Shown here: positions 10,208 through 22,654 of the stretch, piece by piece
How the letters are laid out: the number at the start of each line of letters is the position of its first letter
Position numbering within the stretch: position 1 is the first letter of the stretch
Source: Synechococcus sp.
GTDB lineage: Bacteria; Cyanobacteriota; Cyanobacteriia; Thermostichales; PCC-7336
Length of the DNA: 64,000 nucleotides
Direction of reading: 5' to 3'
NCBI GenBank assembly: GCA_051439605.1
Contig: JBFRWN010000017.1
Location: 96,001 to 160,000, forward strand
The notes under the pieces: model-generated
What the model was told of the DNA's origin: nothing
The model's input: the letters and a program-made list of their open reading frames with translations, nothing else
Databases searched by the model: none
Program-made: the position numbers and the translations under genes

Positions 10208-11140
10208 ATGGCAAGCTCCCTTTTAGGTCGCGACCTCCTGAGTTTAGATGACCTCTCAGTGAGTGAGGTTTACTATCTCCTGGATTTAGCTTTGGCTCTG
10301 AAATCTGGGGAAACGAACGCTAGCTTGCAGGGAAAGGTTCTAGGACTACTGTTTCGCAAAGCTTCAACCCGAACGCGGGTAAGTTTTGCTGCAGCCATCG
10401 CTCAATGTGGTGGGACAGTTCTGGATTTGATGCCCACCACCATGCAGGTGAGCCGAGGTGAGCCGATTGCCGATACAGCTCGCATCCTATCCGGATATTT
10501 GGATGCTTTGGCTATCCGTACCTTCGAGCAAACGGAGGTAGAGGAATTTGCAAAATACGCTGATATCCCGATCGTCAACGCCCTTACAGATCTGTACCAT
10601 CCCTGTCAGATTTTGGCGGATTTGCTGACGGTACGCGAAGTTTTTGGACAGGTCAAAGGTGTGACTCTAACCTACTGTGGCGATGGCAATAATATCGCCC
10701 ATTCTTTGCTGTTGGGGGCTGCTTTGACTGGCATGAATCTGCGGGTGGCAACCCCAACAGGGTACGAACCTCACTCCGATATTGTGGCCCGAGCCCAGGC
10801 AATTGCTCAGAGTTTTAGCAGCGGTAGTAAAATCGATATTCTGAACGACCCGCTGGCGGCTGCGGATGGTGTGCAGGTGCTCTATACAGACGTATGGGCC
10901 AGCATGGGCCAGGAGGATTTAGCGGATGCCCGCATCCCGATTTTTCAGCCCTATCAAATCAACAGCGAGTTGCTAGCCCAAGCAGATCGTAACGCCATCG
11001 TATTGCACTGTTTACCGGCTCACAGAGGAGAAGAAATAACCGACGACGCGCTCGAAGGTAAGCAATCGAGAGTATGGCAGCAGGCCGAAAATCGGCTGCA
11101 TGCCCAAAAGGCGCTATTGGTGAGTTTGTTGGCGCAATAA
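10208..11140 (+). CDS. argF: Ornithine carbamoyltransferase
   Basis: STRTR, HPCQ, SMG, HCLP motifs. Confidence 0.96.
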   Translation: MASSLLGRDLLSLDDLSVSEVYYLLDLALALKSGETNASLQGKVLGLLFRKASTRTRVSFAAAIAQCGGTVLDLMPTTMQVSRGEPIADTARILSGYLDALAIRTFEQTEVEEFAKYADIPIVNALTDLYHPCQILADLLTVREVFGQVKGVTLTYCGDGNNIAHSLLLGAALTGMNLRVATPTGYEPHSDIVARAQAIAQSFSSGSKIDILNDPLAAADGVQVLYTDVWASMGQEDLADARIPIFQPYQINSELLAQADRNAIVLHCLPAHRGEEITDDALEGKQSRVWQQAENRLHAQKALLVSLLAQ

Positions 11141-11349
11141 CTGGGTTGCAAGTTCCCTCTTCAACTGCGGACACTTTGCTTGCGATCGCCAGAGCAGTGT
11201 TTCGAGAAAAAAAGACGATTTTGCGCGAGTGCTTCGCATCATGTAGTTGTTCTCGTGCTTCTGTAATGTAGCCCTTTGCATAATGTGACGAACGAGATTC
11301 CCCAAGGCATGCTTACATGAGTGAAGTGTTTGTTTGCCAGGAGGCAGCA

Positions 11350-11565
11350 ATGGGTGAAGCTAAGCGCCGCAAACAAAAAGGGAGTTCCTACGATCCCGAT
11401 AACCAACCAGCTTGGCCGGGATCTCCGCTGACCAAAGGGCAAATGCAGCGCGCATACGATCTCACTACGCGTGGAGCTTGGGTTGGAATTGGTGCTTTAG
11501 CCATCTTTTGGGTTGTTATCCGGTTTATTGGGCCAGCCTTTGGCTGGTGGGAACTGGCTAATTAA
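11350..11565 (+). CDS. DUF2839 family protein
   Basis: MGEAKRRK N-terminus and GAWVGIG...RFIGPAFGWW C-terminal TM segment. Confidence 0.88.
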   Translation: MGEAKRRKQKGSSYDPDNQPAWPGSPLTKGQMQRAYDLTTRGAWVGIGALAIFWVVIRFIGPAFGWWELAN

Positions 11566-11649
11566 TACATGACACATCACTCTTAAGATTTATTTTCTCA
11601 AGACTTATTGTTCGATCGTTTCTCACAGTGTTTAAACCCCTGCCGTTTT

Positions 11650-12618
11650 ATGACTGTTTCAACTGCTTCTCAGACCCATTCTCAGCCACTGTCCGTTCGC
11701 CTCGTAAACAGTCTTTTGTCTCTCAAACCTCTGTATAGTTGGGCGAAACACCAAGCTCGTCAGCGCATGATTGTTAGGGCTGAGGGGATGGGAGTGATGT
11801 GGCGAGATCGCTCGGCAGCCCTCAAACAGGAGATTGGCCCTCAGGCCTTGAGTACAGGGGCTGAGCTTTTGCCCGAATGGCAGGAGCGGTGGGAACGGTT
11901 GAATGACCCAACCATCGAGTATCCCGAGTATTTCCAATCTCCGTTTCATGCCTACGATCGAGGCAACTTGAGTTGGGATGCCGCCACAGAAGTGGAAGTC
12001 GCAGCCCATGCAGTACATGCCACCATTTGGCCTGAGGCAGGAGTGGACGGTGATGCTCAGTTGCGCCAAAGCTATCACAACGTATTAATGGCGCAATTAC
12101 CAGCACCCCCGACAGATGTGGTGGATCTGGGGTGCAGCATCGGTATGAGCACGTTTGCCCTGCAAGATTGCTTCCCCTCCGCCAATCTAACTGGGGTAGA
12201 ACTGTCACCGTATTTTCTGGCGATCGCTGATTATCGGGCACAGCAGCAACAGCGCAACATTTGTTGGCGGCATGCAGCGGCAGAAGCCACCAGCCTGCCA
12301 GAGGTCTCCTACGATCTCGTGTCTTTGTGCCTGGTGTGCCACGAATTGCCCCAAACTGCAGCCAGGGAAATCTTTGCCGAAGCGCGTCGCCTGCTGCGTC
12401 CTAGCGGCCATCTATCCATCATGGATATGAACCCTCAAGCAGATGCTTACCGTAAAATGCCCCCTTACGTATTGACATTGCTGAAGAGTACCGAACCGTT
12501 TCTAGATGATTACTTCAGCTTCGATATTGCCAGTGCGATCGCCGAAGCGGGCTTTGAGATTCCCAGTCAGGTGGACAACAGTCCTCGACACCGCACTTTG
12601 GTTGCACGGGCACGATAA
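11650..12618 (+). CDS. Class I SAM-dependent methyltransferase
   Basis: FHAYDRGNL, DLGCSIG, LSPYFL, HELP, LLRPSG. Confidence 0.88.
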   Translation: MTVSTASQTHSQPLSVRLVNSLLSLKPLYSWAKHQARQRMIVRAEGMGVMWRDRSAALKQEIGPQALSTGAELLPEWQERWERLNDPTIEYPEYFQSPFHAYDRGNLSWDAATEVEVAAHAVHATIWPEAGVDGDAQLRQSYHNVLMAQLPAPPTDVVDLGCSIGMSTFALQDCFPSANLTGVELSPYFLAIADYRAQQQQRNICWRHAAAEATSLPEVSYDLVSLCLVCHELPQTAAREIFAEARRLLRPSGHLSIMDMNPQADAYRKMPPYVLTLLKSTEPFLDDYFSFDIASAIAEAGFEIPSQVDNSPRHRTLVARAR

Positions 12619-12967
12619 AATTCTGCTGCGATCGCTATTTTGGGTTAGGGTTCATTTTTTTAAGACTCCTACTGTTAATGCTTGCTGCTAGCTTGAGGGT
12701 AAATTTTACTTGGATTCAGAGGCAAATCTGATGAATGTACTTAGCCATTGGAGTCTGCCAGAACATTTTCAGGATTTTGTCAGCGATCGCGATCGCCATT
12801 TCTTGGCGATCGTGCGGGCAATGTATATGTAGAATTAGCAACTTGTTGTGTTTATCCAATCATTAGCTAGCAGCGTTACCCTGGCGTCGATCTCTATCCA
12901 ACTGTACGGGTAGTTATAGCGCTAATTCCTATTCCCACGGTACGGGCTTTATTTACCAATGTGCTGA

Positions 12968-13795
12968 ATGACTGACTCTTCTCTATACGTCATCCAAATC
13001 ACGGATACCCATTTGTTCTCTCACCCCGAGACCCAGTTACTGGGGGTATCAACTGAGGAAACGTTTCAAACGGTATTGAATACTGTGCGGCGGTTAGCAC
13101 CGCAGGCAGATATGGTGCTCGCCACCGGTGATTTATCCCAGGATGGCAGTCTGGTCTCTTATCAACGATTTCGGAAATCTGTAGCCCGCCTAAACGTGGA
13201 CACCTATTGGTTAGCCGGTAATCACGATTGCTTACCAGAAATGGAGGTTGCCCTCGGAAATCGCTTGCTGGCTAGTGGGTCTGCAGATCGCCTCTTTGCG
13301 GATAAATCATTCGTGCGGAATAGATGGCGCTTTATCTTGCTCAACTCTGCTGTTCCAGAGCAAGTTGCGGGGCGATTGGCGCCTACAGAGCTTGAATATT
13401 TGCAAGAGCAATTGCAGAGGGCAACCGAACAGCAGCAATATGCTGCTGTTTGCTTGCACCACCCCCCCTACTTGATGGAATCCCAGTGGTTAGACAGCTC
13501 TACCCTGGAAAACTCAGAAGAGCTGTTGAGCCTTTTAGGGAAATTTGATTGCGTTCGTGCCGTTCTGTTTGGCCACGTTCATCAGGATTGGGAGTACCGT
13601 CAGGGGGCAGTGACGTTTCTTGGCTGTCCTTCCACCTGCGTTCAGTTCAAGCCTGAAAGTGAGAAATTTGCTGTGGACAGTAACGCCCCTGGAATTCGAC
13701 AACTGTGGTTCCATCCGGATGGGCAGCTTGAGACTGAGATCCTGCGGATTGTGGATGCTAAGGTCGTGCCCGATCGCGTTGCGGTGGGTTATTAG
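12968..13795 (+). CDS. cpdA: 3',5'-cyclic-AMP phosphodiesterase (CpdA/Icc)
   Basis: DTH, TGDLSQDGS, GNHD, LHH, GHVHQ, PSTCVQF. Confidence 0.9.
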   Translation: MTDSSLYVIQITDTHLFSHPETQLLGVSTEETFQTVLNTVRRLAPQADMVLATGDLSQDGSLVSYQRFRKSVARLNVDTYWLAGNHDCLPEMEVALGNRLLASGSADRLFADKSFVRNRWRFILLNSAVPEQVAGRLAPTELEYLQEQLQRATEQQQYAAVCLHHPPYLMESQWLDSSTLENSEELLSLLGKFDCVRAVLFGHVHQDWEYRQGAVTFLGCPSTCVQFKPESEKFAVDSNAPGIRQLWFHPDGQLETEILRIVDAKVVPDRVAVGY

Positions 13796-14058
13796 GATTC
13801 TGCTGTCAAGGAATGGCTGAGATCGGAGCTGTTGTTTGACTATTTCCAGATGCCTATGGGGATTGAGTAAATACCCCGTAGGCAAATTTGCTGGCAGACC
13901 GCAACGATATAGCTGTCGCCATTTCAGATCGGACAGACATATCTATGCCCAGTTAAGGTTCTAAATAGCTGAAATGCCCTGAGCGACTTGACGGTTGCTC
14001 TACAACCAGGCTGTCCGATTTTCTCCAGCAGTTCTATTGCGCAGGATTTGAAGCACTG

Positions 14059-15609
14059 ATGTTCGCAAAAGTTTGGTCGGCAACCCTACTGGGGTTAAAA
14101 GCATTGCAAGTGGCCATTGAGGTCGATGTAGCCGGAGGATTACCGCAAACAGTTCTGGTAGGTCTGCCGGATACTGCGGTACAGGAATCGAAAGAGCGGG
14201 TGCGGGCCGCGATGAAAAATTCGGGGTTTGCCGTCCCCCAACGCAAGATTGTGATTAATTTAGCCCCGGCCGATGTGCGCAAGGAGGGGCCAAGCTTCGA
14301 CCTCCCGATCGCCTTGGGAGTATTGGTGGCGTCGGGACAGATCGAAGCCTCCACGCTGGAGAACACTTTATTCCTGGGGGAACTGTCTTTAGATGGTAGT
14401 TTGAGGCCGGTGTCTGGTGTCCTGCCCGTAGTAGCAGCGGCGAAATCGATGGGTATCGAGCGAGTGGTGGTGCCGCATTCGAATGGAGTGGAAGCCTCGA
14501 TGGTTGAGGGAATTGAGGCCTTTGCCTTTACCACATTGCAGCAGGTGACCGATTGGGTCCAGGCCCCCGAAAAATACCAGCCCTTGAAGGTAGCGCCCAG
14601 TCAATTTATGACTCCTTCGGCCATGGGCGCACCGGATCTCGTTGACGTGAAGGGACAAACTTTAGCCAGGCGGGCATTGGAGGTAGCGGCGGCAGGGGGA
14701 CACAATCTACTGCTGGTGGGCAGCCCAGGGGCTGGTAAAACAATGCTAGCCAAGCGTTTGTCTGGCCTGCTTCCCCCTTTGAGCTGGTCGGAGATCTTAG
14801 AGGTAACGCAGGTCTACTCGGTGGCGGGACTGCTGCGGCAGGGGGTGAATGGCAGCGACTCTAACGGATTATTGATGCGCGATCGCCCATTTCGCTCCCC
14901 CCACCATTCGGCCTCCGGTGTGTCTTTGGTGGGCGGGGGCTCTTACCCCCGCCCGGGGGAAGTATCACTAGCCCATAACGGCGTACTCTTCTTGGATGAA
15001 CTCACAGAATTTCGTCGCGAAGTACTTGAGGTATTGCGTCAGCCACTAGAGGACGGACAGATTTCCATTTCTCGGGCTCGCCATAGCGTGGAATATCCCG
15101 CTCGAACAACGTTGGTGGCATCTACCAATCCCTGTCGCTGTGGCTACTATGGCGATCCGGTGGTGGCTTGCACTTGTACACCCACCCAGCGAGATCGCTA
15201 TTGGTCGAAGCTGTCAGGACCGTTACTCGATCGCATTGACCTGCACGTGCGGGTGAACCGCCTCAAGCCGGAGGAAATGATGTCGATGGAGCTAGGGGAG
15301 TCTTCGAGCAATGTGCGTACTCGGGTATTGAAGGCACGCGACCGGCAGCAGCAGCGTTTTGAGAACGAGCCTGAATTGACCTGCAATGCCCATATGCAAA
15401 GCCGTCATCTCAGGCAGTGGTGCATTTTGGGGGCATCGAGCCGTCAGATTTTGGAAGGGGCGATTCGTAAGCTGAGCTTATCGGCCCGTGGCACCGATCG
15501 CCTGTTAAAGGTGTCACGGACCATTGCTGATTTGACAGGTGCACAGGAGATTGAGCCTGTTCACCTAGCTGAGGCAATTCAGTACCGCAGTCTTGACCGT
15601 GCTGGGTGA
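14059..15609 (+). CDS. comM: YifB/ComM Mg-chelatase-like AAA+ ATPase
   Basis: VGLPDTAVQESKERVR, GSPGAGKT, PFRSPHH, LFLDE, SGPLLDRID. Confidence 0.93.
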   Translation: MFAKVWSATLLGLKALQVAIEVDVAGGLPQTVLVGLPDTAVQESKERVRAAMKNSGFAVPQRKIVINLAPADVRKEGPSFDLPIALGVLVASGQIEASTLENTLFLGELSLDGSLRPVSGVLPVVAAAKSMGIERVVVPHSNGVEASMVEGIEAFAFTTLQQVTDWVQAPEKYQPLKVAPSQFMTPSAMGAPDLVDVKGQTLARRALEVAAAGGHNLLLVGSPGAGKTMLAKRLSGLLPPLSWSEILEVTQVYSVAGLLRQGVNGSDSNGLLMRDRPFRSPHHSASGVSLVGGGSYPRPGEVSLAHNGVLFLDELTEFRREVLEVLRQPLEDGQISISRARHSVEYPARTTLVASTNPCRCGYYGDPVVACTCTPTQRDRYWSKLSGPLLDRIDLHVRVNRLKPEEMMSMELGESSSNVRTRVLKARDRQQQRFENEPELTCNAHMQSRHLRQWCILGASSRQILEGAIRKLSLSARGTDRLLKVSRTIADLTGAQEIEPVHLAEAIQYRSLDRAG

Positions 15610-15734
15610 GTTGCTCTATCCCCAAAATTAATAGTCTGGACAATTTCTTGTTGGCAGTAGAGACATCGCATGAAAGTCTACAAGCTTGACTATTACAGAC
15701 TTCCAGACCTTAAAGCAACTTCTATCCAACCCTC

Positions 15735-18215
15735 TCAAAAGCATGTCGTTGGTTCTGAACTGGGCACGAACCGGATATCCGCTATTGAAATAACGAACTC
15801 TTGGGAGGTTTCTAGTCCTAAGGCTGAGATCGCCACAATTGGCTTCCCCTCTCTATCGAGGCAACCTAAATTGAACGTGGTTTCAGTCCATTCCCCTAAA
15901 GAAACTTCGCTCAACCAAGGGCTGACATCTAGCTCGAAGTGGCAAGTCTCTCCAGAGTCCACAAATAGCTTGACGGGACCTAGCGGGGCAGTATCAATCC
16001 GAAATTGAATCGCGATCGCCATGTCTTCTCTAAATTCTTGAGATACATCCGGGGATGAAGCCGCGATCGCCACTGATGCTATACCCTCGCCGCTCCATAC
16101 AAATTGGCGGGCATCCTCCTGAGCTAAGCGATCGACGGGTCGAACAATTAGGCTATTGCCAAACTGGGTGCGTGAGGCGATCTCGCGAATCGCAATGCCA
16201 GCGGCTCTCCCCTCCACTCTCCAAGGTTCCACAGGATCTCCGTAGGCAAACACAACTGATTTACTCGAATTCTCTAGGCTGCTGTCCTCTAAACCAGAGA
16301 CCTCAGACAGTTGTGCCAGATCCCCGGTGTCATCGTAGGTGAGACCGTAACCGTAGGGGAACTGAGGGTTGTAGACGCTATCTCCACGATTCAGCGGGGT
16401 TTGTACCGCGGAGCGGGGCCATGAAAAAGACAGCTTGCCCTTAAAGTCGTAATTGACTGACCCATCCGGCAGACGTACCAACACATCTGCGATCCCAGCC
16501 CCCTGCGTCCCCGGTAACCAAGCCGCCACAAAGGCATCGGCAGCATTCAACTCGGGATTTACCCACAGCGGTCGACCCGACAGAAAAACCGCAACAGTGG
16601 GAATTCCTGCAGCTCGATAGGACCTTAACAGGGTCAATTCCTGCTCTGATTTAAAGTCAAGGTGCTCCACATCTCCCTTAAATTCGGCATAGGGCTCTTC
16701 CCCAAATACGACAATTGCCACATCGGGAAGCTGCTTGTAGCTACCATCCACACTCAGGATCGCGTTCCCCCCCCCTGCCTCGATCGCAGCTCGAAGGCCC
16801 TCCCAAATCGAGATACCATTGGGGAAATCCGCGTTGCTATTGCCCGTCCCCTGCCAAGACAGCGTCCAACCCCCGCATTGTTTGCCAATGTCGTTAGCGC
16901 CGTCCCCCGTTACCAACACCCGCTGATTTGTAGCCAACGGCAGTAGATTCCCCTGATTTTTAATCAGAACCAACGATTCTCGCACCGCCTGCCGAGCCAC
17001 GGCTAAATGCTCCGGTGCCCCCAACACCTTGAGGTTGCTAGAGCTGACTCTTTGAGAGGGGGCTATTTTCTCAAATAACCCGAGCCGATATTTAACTCTG
17101 AGAATGCGGCGAACGGCGTCCTCCAGTCGATCTCGCGGAATCTGACCGGACTTCACCTGCACGATCGTGTTGTTGTAAAGCTTGCGCCAACTGGCGGGAG
17201 CCATAAACATATCGATCCCTGCATTCATGGCCGACGGACAGCTAGAGGGCGTGCAGCCGGGCACCGTTGCATGTCCGTCCCAATCCCCCACCACAAAACC
17301 GTTGAACCCCATGCGCTGTTTCAGCACTTCAGTCAGCAGACCTGTATGACCGTGTAACGGCTGTCCTTGCCAGGAGGAAAATGATGCCATCACCGTTTGC
17401 ACTCCAGCGGCGATCGCCGGAGGGTAGCCCGCCCCGTGGAGATCGCACAGTTCCGCCTCGCGATCGACGTTATCCCCCCGATCTTTGCCATTAACCGTGC
17501 CCCCATCACCAATAAAGTGCTTGGCCGTCGCCAACACTCGGTCATTCCCCAAAAAATCGTCACTATCCAGCTCCCCCTGTAGACCCTGCACAATTGCCAC
17601 AGCGTAGTCCGCCACAATCTCCGGGTTTTCTGAATAGCTTTCGTACGTGCGCCCCCAGCGATCGTCCTGCACCACCGCCAGCATGGGGGCAAAGGTCCAG
17701 TCGATACCAGTGGCAGCCACTTCTCTAGCAGTGATAGTCCCAATCTGGCGGAGTAAATCGGGGTTGCGGGCAGCCCCCAAGCCAATGTTATGGGGAAAAA
17801 TCGTGGCCCCGATAACATTGTTATGGCCGTGGACGGCATCGGTGCCCCACAGAAGGGGAATGGCAGACTTCCTTATCCCTCTGTTTTTTAGAGTGTCGAT
17901 GTCTTGTGTCGTGTTGATGGAAGCCCTATAAAACTCATCTGCAAGGGCCAACCATTCGGCAGCGGACGCACGTACGTTGTTCCCTGGTGCAGAGTTCCCC
18001 CCATTCAAAACAGATCCCAGCCGATATTGACGCATCTCATCTGGGGTAATGGAGGCAATATCCGCCTGGATCGTCTGTCCCACCATGTCTTCAAGGGTCA
18101 TGCTGGCCAACAACTCGTCAATTCGAGATTCGATCGCCGGGTCGAGGGGCACGCCACCACTGGAGGGGGGCCAGTTGATGGGGGTTAGGGTGGCGCTGTT
18201 GGATGGCAAAGTCAT
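15735..18215 (-). CDS. GH3 beta-glucosidase / exo-1,3/1,4-beta-glucanase with C-terminal accessory domain
   Basis: GSVLNGG, DAVHGH, RWGRTYE, KHFIGDGG, nucleophile GDW, GEEPYAEFKGD, LPG. Confidence 0.9.
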   Translation of the reverse strand: MTLPSNSATLTPINWPPSSGGVPLDPAIESRIDELLASMTLEDMVGQTIQADIASITPDEMRQYRLGSVLNGGNSAPGNNVRASAAEWLALADEFYRASINTTQDIDTLKNRGIRKSAIPLLWGTDAVHGHNNVIGATIFPHNIGLGAARNPDLLRQIGTITAREVAATGIDWTFAPMLAVVQDDRWGRTYESYSENPEIVADYAVAIVQGLQGELDSDDFLGNDRVLATAKHFIGDGGTVNGKDRGDNVDREAELCDLHGAGYPPAIAAGVQTVMASFSSWQGQPLHGHTGLLTEVLKQRMGFNGFVVGDWDGHATVPGCTPSSCPSAMNAGIDMFMAPASWRKLYNNTIVQVKSGQIPRDRLEDAVRRILRVKYRLGLFEKIAPSQRVSSSNLKVLGAPEHLAVARQAVRESLVLIKNQGNLLPLATNQRVLVTGDGANDIGKQCGGWTLSWQGTGNSNADFPNGISIWEGLRAAIEAGGGNAILSVDGSYKQLPDVAIVVFGEEPYAEFKGDVEHLDFKSEQELTLLRSYRAAGIPTVAVFLSGRPLWVNPELNAADAFVAAWLPGTQGAGIADVLVRLPDGSVNYDFKGKLSFSWPRSAVQTPLNRGDSVYNPQFPYGYGLTYDDTGDLAQLSEVSGLEDSSLENSSKSVVFAYGDPVEPWRVEGRAAGIAIREIASRTQFGNSLIVRPVDRLAQEDARQFVWSGEGIASVAIAASSPDVSQEFREDMAIAIQFRIDTAPLGPVKLFVDSGETCHFELDVSPWLSEVSLGEWTETTFNLGCLDREGKPIVAISALGLETSQEFVISIADIRFVPSSEPTTCF

Positions 18216-18436
18216 AGCAATAAGAGTGCAGCAACATGGCAAGAGTAAAAGCAGTTGGGAGATTGCTTACGTTTTCAAATAACTGCGTGGCATAGCAATA
18301 CGAAGGCAAGAGTAGACAATGACACTAAAGACAGGCTTCTCGCAATCCCATTGCACCGAAGGTATGACAGTCTCAAGTCAGGTGAAAGCAGAAACGATTT
18401 CTGGGCTGTCTAATTCATCACGGGCTTGTTTCCTGC

Positions 18437-18770
18437 TCAACATTGATGTCTCTGCATGGTTTGACCAACCTTTGCGATCGCCAGAAGACCAGTCGCAACC
18501 ATCACAATACCAGCAGTAACGTTCATGGTCTTTGTGTTCTAGAACTTTGAAAAAGCACTCTCGCCCTATCCGCCATATAGGTGTACATCAGCTTGCCTCC
18601 ACCTACGGCTGCAGTGGTAACGAGCATGAAGAGACTAGTGTCAACCGATGACAGGTTAGACAATTCGAGAAAAGCAGGCAAGAAACCAACATAGAAAACA
18701 ATTGCTTTTGGATCTCCTAACGTCAGCAAAATACCGAAGAGAAAATTAGACACTCAAGAGAGTGTATTTT
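18437..18770 (-). pseudogene. LysE-family translocator remnant
   Basis: Only the C-terminal half is present (TLGDPKAIVFYVGFLPAF). A frameshift near 18525 puts the last helix NVTAGIVMVATGLLAIAK in another frame. N-terminal half absent. Confidence 0.75.
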
Positions 18771-19045
18771 TCTCATGGGACAGTACGAGTCCCAATGGTT
18801 TGCTCAAGCCCTCTGGCACGTTCTCAATATTGAAGCGATCTAAATAGATCGAGCTATACCTTTACTTGTTGATAATCGAGCTGGCCCATTTTCTAAACTC
18901 TAGATTTTTCCTTCTGTCTGCTCAATCGTCCTCAGGCCCCATTTAGCCCAAACCATCTCAGTCAATCCCAAAGGCTAATGTTTGAAATGCTAACTGCACC
19001 AAACACCACCTTAGTTCCGCAGCATCATTAATACATCAAACAAAC

Positions 19046-19071
19046 AAAAAGCAGCACTTCATAAGTGCTGC
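19046..19071 (-). terminator. Intrinsic terminator of sqdB
   Basis: GCAGCACTT-CAT-AAGTGCTGC hairpin with a U-tract on the minus strand. Confidence 0.7.
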
Positions 19072-19098
19072 GTAAGAAAATGATAGGGAACTTAAGAA

Positions 19099-20280
<1,182 letters not shown>

Positions 20281-20723
20281 TTACCAGCATGGGGCACCTA
20301 ATATCAAATGTCCTGTCAGTTCCTCAAAGGAGAGCAAAAGCTGTGTATACCGTTGGGGAAAGGGCGTTTTGACGGAAGCTGAGTTGGAGGACAAATGGAT
20401 TCCAGAGGGCTTCAGACGGGAGTGGATAGGGGAGATTTGTGGCAGGCTGTAGCAGAATCCCCAAATACGATGTGATTGGATCTCTGCGCTCGCCGGTCTT
20501 TCCACCACAAAGCTTTTGAAGCGATCGTAAACCTGTCTCCAGTCATCGATCCAGATTGTAGACAGTTAAGTTTCTGCTGACCGTTAAGGGGGGTTGTGGA
20601 ACGTCCTGCTGTCGCGAAGAGCGATTTATTAGGAGGTAATGAAATTTATCTCCCTTTGCAAGGGCGATCGCTTGGTAGATTAGGTCTGGCTTACTGACGC
20701 GGATACACAGCAGGACAACGGCA

Positions 20724-21980
20724 ATGGCAAAATCCACATTCCACCGACCAGCGGCAGGGGCGCGAGACCTCTTGCCGTTGGATGTGGTGCAAAAGCAGTG
20801 GGTTGAACGCCATCTGCGTCAGGTGTTTGAACGCTGGGGATACCGCCGAATTATTACGCCAACCTTGGAACGCTTGGATACCCTGACGGCTGGTGGGGCA
20901 GTCCAGCCGGGGGCGGTGCTACAGGTGCGCGATAGCGAAGGCACGATGCTGGGGTTGCGCCCCGAAATGACTGCATCGATCGCACGTGCCGCCGCCACTC
21001 GCATGGCGGGAACGGCGTTACCGTTGCGGCTGTACTATAACGCCAACGTTTTTCGGAAGGCCCGCCACGATAACGAGTTTTTCCAGGCAGGGGTGGAGCT
21101 CATTGGGGCTCCTGGCTGGCTGGCAGATACAGAGGTGATACTGCTATTGGCAGAATGCTTGAACGCGCTGGAGTTACAGGATTGGTCGTTGATTGTCGGG
21201 GAAGTGGGGTTGACAGAGAGTTTGCTGAGCGCGATTTCCCCTTCGGCAAAGGCAGAGGTACATCGGGCAATCGCCAATCTTGACCGCGTGTATCTAGAAA
21301 CAGCGGAGATGCCCGAGAGCGATCGGCAGGCAGCACTGCAGGTACTGGATTTGCGGGGGGTACCCCAGGAGGTGTTCCGCAAGCTTAAGGAGTTAACTCT
21401 GCCCAATACCGAGCGGCAGAGGGTGAAGGATTTAGAACGATTGTGTCATGCTCTGACTGCGCAAGGACTGCCTGTAATTTTAGACCTCAGCTTGTTAGAA
21501 GGCTTTGGCTACTACACCAGCACAGTGTTTCAAGCGGTGTGTGGTGCCGAGAAGTTGGGCCTAGGGGGGCGGTACGATGCGCTGTTCTCACTGTACAGTC
21601 CTAACGGGGAAAAGCAGGCGGGAATGGGCTTCTCCTTAACCTTGGAATCTTTGCAGCGGGTGTTGCAATCCAGCGATCGCCTACCGCAGTCTTCTCGCAA
21701 GACCCATACACTGTTGGTGCCAACAGAGGTGGAGGCGGTGCCTTCCGTGCTCAAGCTGGCTGCAGAGTTGCGGGCACAGCACCCCAATCAGGGGATCGAA
21801 ATTGAGCTGCTGGGGGATTTTTCGGCGGGACAAAAGGCGCGATCGCCTGAAGACATTGTTGGGTATGCTCGCTCTTGCCAGATAGAAGAGATTGCCTGGG
21901 TGCAGGCGGATGGAAGTTTTCACACGACACGCACCCCTATCAATTCGAAGGAACTATCCATTCGGGAGGCTCTTTCATGA
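20724..21980 (+). CDS. hisZ: ATP phosphoribosyltransferase regulatory subunit
   Basis: [29 protein letters not shown] (HisRS-like); coupled to hisG. Confidence 0.93.
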   Translation: MAKSTFHRPAAGARDLLPLDVVQKQWVERHLRQVFERWGYRRIITPTLERLDTLTAGGAVQPGAVLQVRDSEGTMLGLRPEMTASIARAAATRMAGTALPLRLYYNANVFRKARHDNEFFQAGVELIGAPGWLADTEVILLLAECLNALELQDWSLIVGEVGLTESLLSAISPSAKAEVHRAIANLDRVYLETAEMPESDRQAALQVLDLRGVPQEVFRKLKELTLPNTERQRVKDLERLCHALTAQGLPVILDLSLLEGFGYYTSTVFQAVCGAEKLGLGGRYDALFSLYSPNGEKQAGMGFSLTLESLQRVLQSSDRLPQSSRKTHTLLVPTEVEAVPSVLKLAAELRAQHPNQGIEIELLGDFSAGQKARSPEDIVGYARSCQIEEIAWVQADGSFHTTRTPINSKELSIREALS

Positions 21981-22654
21981 CTACAATTACGGTTGCATTG
22001 GCAAAGGGGGAGCTTCTGAAGGAGGGAGTGTCTCTGTTTCAGAGCGTGGGAATTGATTTTAGTCAGTTGCAGGATAAGAGCAATCGATTGTTGCGGGTGA
22101 CGTCCCCTACTAGCCCGGATGGAAATACGTATGAGGCGTTGTTGGTGCGCACCCACGATGTACCAGTGTATGTGGAGTACGGGCAGGCGCAGCTTGGAGT
22201 CGTTGGCTATGACGTGATGCGAGAGAAACAGGCTCGGATTGCGCAGCTGGCTGACCTCAAGTTTGGTGGTTGTCGCATGTCGGTGGCGGTGAAAAGCGAT
22301 AGCCCTTATAAATCCGCGTTGGATCTTCCAGCGAATGCGCGGATTGCGTCGAAGTTTGTCAATTGTGCGGCGGAATTTTTTGAGACGCTGGATCTCCCTG
22401 TCGAAATCATTCCACTGTATGGTTCGGTGGAGCTGGCACCTCTGACAGGGATGGCGGAGGCAATCGTGGATTTGGTGGCGACGGGGCGCACGCTGCGGGA
22501 GAACGGGTTGGTGGAGTTGGATTGTATTTACGAGAGTACGGCGCGGTTGGTGGCGCATCCGATTAGCTATCGATTGGATCGTGGGAACTTGTCGGAGTTA
22601 GTAGCTCGCATTCGAGAGAGTGTGACGCATTCAAGTTATGCGGCTTTGCGGTAA
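21977..22654 (+). CDS. hisG: ATP phosphoribosyltransferase, short form
   Basis: [37 protein letters not shown] overlap with hisZ. Confidence 0.96.
   Translation: MTTITVALAKGELLKEGVSLFQSVGIDFSQLQDKSNRLLRVTSPTSPDGNTYEALLVRTHDVPVYVEYGQAQLGVVGYDVMREKQARIAQLADLKFGGCRMSVAVKSDSPYKSALDLPANARIASKFVNCAAEFFETLDLPVEIIPLYGSVELAPLTGMAEAIVDLVATGRTLRENGLVELDCIYESTARLVAHPISYRLDRGNLSELVARIRESVTHSSYAALR

Noticed and set aside
14059..15609. comM as an interrupted integration target
   Set aside because: The reading frame is continuous and full length.
20555..20590. Two CTTAAC motifs upstream of sqdB as a Pho box
   Set aside because: Spacing is 18 bp rather than the 11-bp period, and there are only two copies.
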